NCBI GenBank assembly: GCA_046485285.1
Contig: JAWOHE010000052.1
Coordinates: forward strand, 1-39,987
Direction of reading: 5' to 3'
Length of the DNA stretch: 39,987 nucleotides
From: a bacterium
GTDB taxonomy: Bacteria; Hydrothermota; Tepidihabitantia; Tepidihabitantales; Tepidihabitantaceae
Shown here: positions 8,362-15,228 of the stretch, in pieces
Layout: every line of letters starts with the position of its first letter
Position numbering within the stretch: the first letter of the stretch is position 1
The notes under the pieces: generated by a model
Seen by the model: the letters and a program-made list of their open reading frames with translations, nothing else
Told to the model about the DNA's origin: nothing
The model's database searches: none
Program-made: the position numbers and the translations under genes

Positions 8362-8868
8362 TTACTCATCACTTCCTGACACCGCTTCCCTCAACCGCTC
8401 CCGGACCGCCAGCCGTTCCTCGACCCGGAAGCCCAGCCGCACCCGGCCCAGTGGCGTCCTCAGCCGGTACTCGCCCTCGACCCGGCAGGCCGCGTCATCG
8501 CCCGCCAGCCGCGGCAGGGACCGCAGGATGCCCGCCGCGTCGGGCGTGAACGGCAGGCGGACCAGGGTCGCGACGCCGGGCCGCAGTTCCAGCTCGCCCG
8601 GGTACCTGCCCCGGCCGACCGCCGTTCCCTCAACCGCCAGCCGGTACTCGAGCTCGCTCAGCCGCACCGCGAACCGGTTCGGGTTCGTCGCGACCACGGC
8701 CAGCTCCAGACCCTGCTCCGGGTTCCAGGCCAGGCCGGCCAGCCGCGCCTCGACCGGCTTCACCAGCCACGAGCAGGAAACCGCCGGCAGCAGCAGGCAC
8801 GGCCAGGCGCGAACCACCAGGCGGACAATGCCGCGCACGGAACTGCCGACCGCGTCTCCGGCTCGCAC
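8362..8868 (-). CDS. LEA type 2 (WHy-domain) lipoprotein
   Basis: Lipobox-like LPAVSC; ATNPNRFAVRLSELEYRLAVEG..VGRG is the LEA_2 pattern. Start uncertain. Confidence 0.7.
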   Translation of the reverse strand: MRAGDAVGSSVRGIVRLVVRAWPCLLLPAVSCSWLVKPVEARLAGLAWNPEQGLELAVVATNPNRFAVRLSELEYRLAVEGTAVGRGRYPGELELRPGVATLVRLPFTPDAAGILRSLPRLAGDDAACRVEGEYRLRTPLGRVRLGFRVEERLAVRERLREAVSGSDE

Positions 8869-8869
8869 T

Positions 8870-10306
8870 TCACAGCCTCTGGAACACGTGCCCGCACCGG
8901 GTGCAGAACCTCGCGGCGGCCTTGCGCGTCGTCCCGCAGTCCGGACAGGTCCGCCTGCCCCAGCACCAGGTCACCCGCACCGTGTCGCCCCGGTTCAGCG
9001 GCGCGCCCGCCGCCGGCCGGGCAGTGACCACCGCGCCCGGCGCGGCATCGTCCGCAAGCACGCTGTCGGCGGCAACCAGCACCAGGCCCTGCTCCTGCGC
9101 CAGCCGCCGCGCCGAGGCGAGGCTGACTCCCGCCAGCTCCGGAAGCACGAACCCGGCCGTCGGCTGTCTGCGTGCCAGGAGGACTCCGCCGACCACCGCC
9201 ACAACCAGCACCGCCGCGATGCCAATGACGAGAACCGCCTTGCGGCGAGGAGGGTGATGAGTGTCTTCCGCTGACCGCTTGCCGCCGCCCGCTCTCTTCA
9301 CTCTTCCCTCTTCGCTCCTCACTTCCTCCTCCGGCACCGCCGCCACCGGGTCCGGTATCGTCTTCCGCATCACCGCTTCCGGCCGTATGCTGTGAGCTGG
9401 CGGGTGTCGGCCTTTCTCCTCATCGGGCTGTAAGCTGTCGGCTGCTGGCCGCAGGCCTCTCTCCTCCGGCTGTCGGCTGTCCGCCAGCGCCTCCGCAAAC
9501 TCCTCACAGCTCTGGAACCGCTCCTCCGGCTTCTTCGCCATCGCCTTGAGTATCGCCCGTTCCATCGTTTCGCTCAGCCATGGATTCCTCTGCCGCGGCG
9601 GCGGCGGCGGCACGGACAGGTGCTGTTCCTCCATCGAGGTCGTCGAGGTCGCCTGGAACGGCATCGCGCCCGCGGCCAGTTCGTAGAGCACGCAGCCCAG
9701 CGAGTAGATGTCGGTGCGCGCGTCCAGCGGCCGGTTCAGCACCTGCTCCGGCGACATGTAGGCGGGAGTGCCGACCCGGGTGCCGGAGAGCGAGATGTTC
9801 GTGTCGCCGCCGATTATCTTGGCGATGCCGAAGTCGGCGATCTTCACCAGCCCGGACTCGGCAAACAGGATGTTCAGCGGTTTTATGTCCCGGTGCAGGA
9901 CCCCGTGCCGGTGCGCGCAGGACACGCCCTCGAGTATCTGCCGGAATATCTCCCGGGTCCGGGCCTCGGGCACCGGCCCGAGCTTGACCAGGTCGCCGAG
10001 GTTCTTCGCCCGCTGGCCGCCGGGCAGGACCATGCCTTCGAGATACTCCATCACGATGTAGTACTGCCCGTCGTGCTCGAAGAAGTTGTGCAGGGTGACG
10101 ATGTTCGGATGCTTGAGCCGGGCCTGGGTCTTCGCCTCCTCGAAGAACCGCTGGCGGAACCGGACATCCCGGGTCAGGATGGCATCGAGCGTCTTCATCG
10201 CCACTTCCTGCTCGAGGAGCCGGTGCACGGCCTTGTACACGACCCCGAACCCGCCCTCACCGAGCTTGTCGGTGATGCGATAGTCGCCGATGGATTGGCC
10301 GATCAT
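8870..10306 (-). CDS. Membrane Ser/Thr kinase with PASTA domain and C-terminal zinc ribbon
   Basis: Kinase motifs GEGGFGVVY, HRDIKPLN, DFG, GTPAYMSPE. TM helix, PASTA-like LPELAGVSLASARRL..PAAGAPLNRGDTVRV, then CPDC..CTRC. Confidence 0.9.
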   Translation of the reverse strand: MIGQSIGDYRITDKLGEGGFGVVYKAVHRLLEQEVAMKTLDAILTRDVRFRQRFFEEAKTQARLKHPNIVTLHNFFEHDGQYYIVMEYLEGMVLPGGQRAKNLGDLVKLGPVPEARTREIFRQILEGVSCAHRHGVLHRDIKPLNILFAESGLVKIADFGIAKIIGGDTNISLSGTRVGTPAYMSPEQVLNRPLDARTDIYSLGCVLYELAAGAMPFQATSTTSMEEQHLSVPPPPPRQRNPWLSETMERAILKAMAKKPEERFQSCEEFAEALADSRQPEERGLRPAADSLQPDEEKGRHPPAHSIRPEAVMRKTIPDPVAAVPEEEVRSEEGRVKRAGGGKRSAEDTHHPPRRKAVLVIGIAAVLVVAVVGGVLLARRQPTAGFVLPELAGVSLASARRLAQEQGLVLVAADSVLADDAAPGAVVTARPAAGAPLNRGDTVRVTWCWGRRTCPDCGTTRKAAARFCTRCGHVFQRL

Positions 10307-10313
10307 AGGATTA

Positions 10314-10345
10314 GCGATGAGTTATGAGTAATGAGTGATGAGTCA
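10314..10345. repeat. TGATGAG-type heptamer array
   Basis: gcgatga gttatga gtaatga gtgatga. Related arrays at 4175-4201 (same orientation) and at 8321-8375 and 11884-11914 (opposite orientation). Confidence 0.65.
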
Positions 10346-10478
10346 CGGACAGGAATGGCGAAGGGTCGGCGAGCGATGCGTAGAGAACAGGAACAGTGAT
10401 GAGTATCGTGTAATGAGAGAGGACAGGACCGGCCTGGCCGATGGTCGCCTGTCTCTTCCCGCTGCGTTCTCGCTTCAC

Positions 10479-11888
10479 TCATAACCCATCACCTCCTTCT
10501 GCTGTCCCTGTGTCTTTATCCGGCGCTCGCGCGCTGTCGGGCTTCGTTTCATCTTCCGGGCTGTCTGCTGATGGCAGTAAGCTGTCGGCTGTCGGCTGAG
10601 AGCTGTCCGCCTCCGTCCGACCGCTCTCGGCAGTAAGCGGCAAGCTGTCGGCTGATGGCTGACCGCTGTCCTCTTCCGGCGGGCTCAGCAGGTCACGTGC
10701 CTGCCTCTGGAATCCGGGCCCGATGCTCACGGAGCCGGCTGCCGGTTCGAGGCTGGTCGGGTCCTGTGTTGCGCCGGGCGCCGTGCTCGTCTGCCCCTGC
10801 CCGGGGCTGTCTGCTTCCTGCCGTTCCGGGCTGTCGGCTGGAAGCTGCAGACTGTCGGCTTCCTCTTGTCTCAGGCTGTCAGCTGGAAGCTGTAAGCTGT
10901 CGGCTTCCGGCTGTCCGCTGTCCACGGCCGGCCGTTCCAGGTACCGCCAGACCGCAAACGCAAGCACGAGCAGGAAGACCAGCCCGGCAAGCACCAGCGG
11001 CAGCGCCCGTCGGCGGCCGGCGCGCCGCGGGCGCCGCGGCGCGGACGCGGTCAATGGCATCGTTTCCCGGCCGTGCGCAGTCGGCTGTAAGCTGTCGGCT
11101 GCCCGCGCCGCTTCGCCCGCCTGCACCACAATCACCGTCACGTTGTCCGGCGCGCCGCGCTTCTTGACCTGCTCGACGATCTCCAGCACCGCCCGGTCCG
11201 GCGGATGCCGGAGCAGGATGTCGCGCAGTTCCTCGTCCTCCAGCACCCCGTGCGCGCCATCACTGCTGAGCAGGAACCGGTCCCCGGCCCGCGGTTCGAG
11301 CTCGAAGGACTCGGCCTCGGACCTGGCTATCCCGAGCGCGCGGCTGATGATGTTCCGCTTCGGGCTGTTCCGGGCCTGCTCCGGGGTCATCAGGCCCTTG
11401 CTGACCAGCCGGGCGACCAGGGTGTGGTCGTTGGTAATCTGCGACATCTGCCCGTCGCGCAGGAGGTAGCACCGGCTGTCGCCGACGCTGGCGATGTATG
11501 CCTTGTCACCGTGAAGCACGAGCGCGGTCAGGGTCGCGCCCATTCCCTTCCGCTCCGGCGCCTCGGCGGCCGCCGCCACCGCCTCGTGGGCCGCCCGCAT
11601 CGCCTGCGCCAGCATCCGGCCCGGGTCGCCGGCCCACGGTCGCCGGTAGTAGTGCTCGCTGAGCGCGTCCACGCCCAGCCTGCTCGCGACCTCGCCCGCC
11701 GCCTCGCCGCCCATCCCGTCCGCTACCGCGTACAGCCTGCCCCGCTCCACCAGCAAACGGTCCTCAACTGCACTCGGGACGAAGAGCGCATCCTCGTTCT
11801 TGGGCCGGGCCGGGTTCAGTCCCCGGTCGGTGGCAGAGCCGATGGATGGAGGACAATCGCCCACCGCCGCCTCCTTATCCCGACTCAT
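10479..11888 (-). CDS. Membrane-anchored PP2C/Stp1-family Ser/Thr phosphatase
   Basis: Motifs NEDA, VADGMGG, GATL, VGDSRCY, DHTLV, LLSSDG, DNVT. TM helix followed by a low-complexity ADSxQP repeat tail. Confidence 0.92.
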   Translation of the reverse strand: MSRDKEAAVGDCPPSIGSATDRGLNPARPKNEDALFVPSAVEDRLLVERGRLYAVADGMGGEAAGEVASRLGVDALSEHYYRRPWAGDPGRMLAQAMRAAHEAVAAAAEAPERKGMGATLTALVLHGDKAYIASVGDSRCYLLRDGQMSQITNDHTLVARLVSKGLMTPEQARNSPKRNIISRALGIARSEAESFELEPRAGDRFLLSSDGAHGVLEDEELRDILLRHPPDRAVLEIVEQVKKRGAPDNVTVIVVQAGEAARAADSLQPTAHGRETMPLTASAPRRPRRAGRRRALPLVLAGLVFLLVLAFAVWRYLERPAVDSGQPEADSLQLPADSLRQEEADSLQLPADSPERQEADSPGQGQTSTAPGATQDPTSLEPAAGSVSIGPGFQRQARDLLSPPEEDSGQPSADSLPLTAESGRTEADSSQPTADSLLPSADSPEDETKPDSARAPDKDTGTAEGGDGL

Positions 11889-11985
11889 TGCTCATCACCC
11901 TTCACTCATTACTTCCTCTCAATGCGCGGCACGGGACAGGTTGCGGCCGTCCCGGCGCAGAGGTATGACCGCATCATCAGCCGTC

Positions 11986-12056
11986 GAGCGGCGGCTTCGC
12001 CGCCGCTCCCGGAGCCCAGATATTCAGATTTCCAGATTACCAGATTCACAGACAGA
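11986..12056 (-). other. Conserved post-VR cis module: AATCTG octamer repeats plus GC hairpin (gagcggcggc-GAA-gccgccgctc)
   Basis: 10-bp perfect stem at 11986-12008; module nearly identical to 3164-3232. Confidence 0.75.
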
Positions 12057-13142
12057 CTACCTTGTCCCGGCACAACGGAACCCGAGGAAGATGATCCGGA
12101 ACGATGGTTCGTACCTGCCGCGGTAGGCGCTGCGCAGGGACCCGGCGTTGTTGAGCCAGGACCCGCCGCGGTACACGCGGGGCGAGCCAGTCGCCGGGCC
12201 CTGCGGGTTGCGGTCCACGCCTTTGCCGTAGTAGTCGCTGTCATACCAGTCATTGCACCATTCCCAGACATTACCCGCCATATCCAGCAACCCATAGGGC
12301 GACGCACCCGCCGAAAAGCTGCCCACCGGCGCCGTGAACTCGTAGCCGTCCCGCCGCCAGACGGCCCGGTCCGAGCCTTCGCCCCAGTTCGCCCGGTATC
12401 TTCCGCCCGCATCCGGCTCCTCGTTCCCCCACGGGTACTTCCGCGCATCCGTGCCCCGGGCCGCTTTCTCCCATTCCGCCTCGGTCGGCAGGCGCTTGCC
12501 CGCCCAGTCGCAGTAAGCCCTCGCGTCGTTCCACGACACCAGCACTGCCGGGTGGTTCTCGGTGCTGTACCCGTAGTACGTCCGCCAGCTCACCCCGGAC
12601 TTGGTCAGCCACTTCGACAAGTCGGTGTCGTAGACGTAACCGGTACCCTCCTTCTCGGCGTCGGTCCGGTACCCGGTCGCCTTCACGAACCTCTCATACT
12701 GCCGGTTCGTCACCTCGTGCTTGTCCAGCCAGAACTCGTCGAGATACACCCTGTGCTGGGGCCGCTCGTCGGACTCTCCCTCGCCCGTGACGCTCCCCAT
12801 CCAGAACTCGCCGGCCGGGACCTTCACCATCACCGACGAGTCCTTCAGCCACAGCGCTTCCTCGTAGCCCTGAGCGTTCCGGCCCAGCGCCTTCATTCCG
12901 GCCGGTGCAGTCGGCGCCGGGGCCGGCGCCGGGGCAGGCCTCGGCGCGGGCCTCGGCACCGGCACCAGCCGCAACGGCTTGCCGTCTTCGCCCGCGCACT
13001 CCGCGCAGTAGTTGTCCTCGTCCGGGTAGGTCGTCCCGCAGTTCGGGCACCGCTTCGCCGCCAGCGCGAGCGAGACGACCATAACCAGCAGGATGCCGGC
13101 CGCCATCCGCCCGGCCCGGCCCGCAAATCGCCGCGAGTTCAT
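12057..13142 (-). CDS. DGR target 3: secreted Zn-ribbon + Pro/Ala linker + FGE-sulfatase/CLec protein
   Basis: RBS AAGGAGG, signal peptide, CPNC..CAEC, PAPAPAP linker, FGE motifs and C-terminal VR (RGGSWLNNAGSLRSAYRGRYEPSFRIIFLGFRCAG). Confidence 0.92.
   Translation of the reverse strand: MNSRRFAGRAGRMAAGILLVMVVSLALAAKRCPNCGTTYPDEDNYCAECAGEDGKPLRLVPVPRPAPRPAPAPAPAPTAPAGMKALGRNAQGYEEALWLKDSSVMVKVPAGEFWMGSVTGEGESDERPQHRVYLDEFWLDKHEVTNRQYERFVKATGYRTDAEKEGTGYVYDTDLSKWLTKSGVSWRTYYGYSTENHPAVLVSWNDARAYCDWAGKRLPTEAEWEKAARGTDARKYPWGNEEPDAGGRYRANWGEGSDRAVWRRDGYEFTAPVGSFSAGASPYGLLDMAGNVWEWCNDWYDSDYYGKGVDRNPQGPATGSPRVYRGGSWLNNAGSLRSAYRGRYEPSFRIIFLGFRCAGTR
12065..12189 (-). repeat. DGR variable repeat VR3
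   Basis: 18 of 32 TR adenines substituted and no non-adenine differences in manual alignment. Confidence 0.93.
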
Positions 13143-13172
13143 CGCACGCGCCTCCTTTCTTGCGCCCCGCCC

Positions 13173-13673
13173 TCAGCGCCCGTCCTCCCCGCCTCCGGCC
13201 TGCGCCCTCTTCATCAGCGGCCTCAGCAGCGACGCGGCGGTGAAGTTCTGCTCCGAGGTCGCGGCGATCGAGTATGACCCGCGTACCTGGTACTTGACCC
13301 CGCGCTTCGCGACCGCCGACCTGATGCCGGTCAGCACGCTGCCGGCCTTGACCGACAGCGGCACCGCGATGACCTGCGACCCCTCGGCCTCGACCGTCAC
13401 CGGCGCCTGCTGTTCGCCCGAGGCGACGACCGCGCCGTCGATGATGACCTCGTACTTGATGTCCGAGACCGAGACCGTCATCTTCGACGGGTTGCTGACC
13501 TTGAGCTCGAGCTTTGCCGGGAACTCGAACAGCTCGAGCCCGACCGGGGCGAGGTCGAGCAGGACCGCGCCCGCCGTGCCGGACAGGAAGGTCGCGCAGG
13601 CCGGACCGAGCCCGGCGCAGGCGGCCGCCAGCAGCAGGACCATCCCCGCGCGCCGACTTGCCTTGTGTCTCAC
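13173..13673 (-). CDS. LEA type 2 family protein (probable lipoprotein)
   Basis: GTG at 13673 after GGAGG; hydrophobic N-terminus with Cys; LKVSNPSKMTVSVSDIKYEVIIDG..VASG LEA_2 pattern. This is the 3' part of ORF 13173..14828. Confidence 0.7.
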   Translation of the reverse strand: MRHKASRRAGMVLLLAAACAGLGPACATFLSGTAGAVLLDLAPVGLELFEFPAKLELKVSNPSKMTVSVSDIKYEVIIDGAVVASGEQQAPVTVEAEGSQVIAVPLSVKAGSVLTGIRSAVAKRGVKYQVRGSYSIAATSEQNFTAASLLRPLMKRAQAGGGEDGR

Positions 13674-13690
13674 GGTTTGCCTCCCGTCGC

Positions 13691-14665
13691 TCACTGGCGG
13701 GCCCGGCCGGTGTAGGCCGCGAGCCGGTCCGCCACGTCGAACACGCCCGTGACCTGCACCGGCTCGACCGACCGGCCGCCCTCGGCCTCGAGCGTGTAGT
13801 AGCCGCGCACCCGGTAGCTGACCCTGCCGTGCGCGACCAGCGCGGCCGCGGCCCGGCCCAGCCGGTCGTGGCGGATGTTCACGCTCAGCACGCTCGCCGC
13901 GGCCCGGCCCGGCGGCAGTTCGACATCGCAGGCGTGCTTCGCGCTGGCGAGGTAGAAAGTGTCCACCTCGAGCTTGTAGTAGAACGCCCGGATCCGGCCG
14001 GGCACGAGGTTGGGGTTGGTCGCGGCGAGCCCGACCGCGAGCGTGAAGCCGTCGCCGCCGGCATCGGTCGCCTCGACCGAAGTCAGCTCGATTGCCGGGC
14101 GGGCGAAGGACAGCGGCACCGGCGGCGGCGGCGGCGCGGTGCTGATAACGAGGTTGACCGGCTGTCCCCGCATCAGCTCCGTGCCCGCCGGCGGGTCCAT
14201 CCTGACGATCCGGCCAGGCGGGTACTCGGTCGTCCGCTCGGTCGTGACCTTGCCCGGGACGAGGCCCGACCTCGGCAGCTCGACGGCGGCGTCCTCGCGC
14301 TTGAACCCGGCCAGCTCCGGCACGACCTTCACCGGGCCCTTGCTGACCGTGACCCGCACCGTGTCGTCCTTCTTCACCAGCGTCCCGGCCGCCTGCTCCT
14401 GGCCGAGTATCACGCCCGCCGGTGCCGAGTCGTCCGGCCTGCTCAGCTCCTCCCGGAGCGCCAGCCCGAGCGCGCCGGCGTCCGCCGCCGCCTCCGCGAA
14501 GGGCCGGCCGACGAACTCCGGGACCTTTACCCTGTTGCGCGAGCCGGCGCTGGCCATCACCACGATGACCACGATGACCGCGACGACCGCGAGCGCGACC
14601 ACGATGTAGCGCGTGGTATGCCCGCCCGGTGTCCGGGCCGGGGGGTCTTTCTTCGTCAGCTCCAT
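13691..14665 (-). CDS. Membrane protein with two PASTA domains and C-terminal LEA_2 domain
   Basis: ATG at 14665 after AGGAGG; N-terminal TM; PASTA repeats (VPEFVGR..AGTLVKKDDTVRVTVSKG; VPELAG..PPAGTELMRGQPVNLVIS); TNPNLVPGRIRAFYYKLEVD LEA_2-like segment. Confidence 0.8.
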   Translation of the reverse strand: MELTKKDPPARTPGGHTTRYIVVALAVVAVIVVIVVMASAGSRNRVKVPEFVGRPFAEAAADAGALGLALREELSRPDDSAPAGVILGQEQAAGTLVKKDDTVRVTVSKGPVKVVPELAGFKREDAAVELPRSGLVPGKVTTERTTEYPPGRIVRMDPPAGTELMRGQPVNLVISTAPPPPPVPLSFARPAIELTSVEATDAGGDGFTLAVGLAATNPNLVPGRIRAFYYKLEVDTFYLASAKHACDVELPPGRAAASVLSVNIRHDRLGRAAAALVAHGRVSYRVRGYYTLEAEGGRSVEPVQVTGVFDVADRLAAYTGRARQ

Positions 14666-14929
14666 CTCTCCTCCTTGTCCTGCCTGCCGCCGCATTGCCG
14701 CGGCCTGCCGGCCACTCGACGCCGGTCCGGGCCCGGTCGGCGGCGTTGCCGATTGACTTCGTGTGACTTGTTACCCGGCCGGTCGGCCGGGCGCGACTGA
14801 CTGTCCGTGCGGCCGGTCTGCGGCCCACGGCGCGATGCGAGCACTCGCTTACCTCCTCTGCCGCGACGCGTTCACAATGCCGCTGTCGCGCCCGCGGCCC
14901 TGCGCGTCAGGGCACATCTGCCTTAAGCG

Positions 14930-14956
14930 ATTATAGCCGCAATTGCCCTCTGTCAA
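14930..14956 (-). promoter_or_regulatory. Putative sigma70 promoter for the kinase/DGR cluster
   Basis: TTGACA-N15-TATAAT on the minus strand in GC-rich intergenic DNA. The spacer is shorter than optimal. Confidence 0.55.
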
Positions 14957-15228
14957 GCGACCGGCGACTCCACCGCGGTCCGGAAGCTGGTGAAGACAGA
15001 CTGACCCGGGCCTGCGAACAGGCGGCGGGAGGCCAGAAGTCTCCCGCCGCACGCTTGAAGCAGGCTGCCGCCGCTCTGCGGCGTCGCACGGCCGGACAGG
15101 CGTGGCGGTGGCGCCGGGCGCGGCTCGAAGCGCTCCGGGCAGTCTGCCGGGGCGCCAGCCGGGCGGCCGGGGTAGGGAAGCTGGGGGCGCGGGTCAGCCG
15201 GCCGCAACCGCTTCGGGCGACGCGCCCG

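Noticed and set aside
121-13142. FGE-domain genes as true formylglycine-generating enzymes
   Set aside because: The region after RGGSW, which carries the catalytic cysteines in FGE, is the hypervariable segment here and lacks them; no sulfatase is nearby.
13674-14828. N-terminal extension of ORF 13173-14828
   Set aside because: Out-of-frame overlap with the PASTA-LEA gene; the LEA_2 gene has its own RBS and start at 13673.
1-14956. Prophage or integrative element carrying the DGR
   Set aside because: No phage structural, integrase or transposase genes in the window; the left boundary is not visible, so this cannot be fully excluded.
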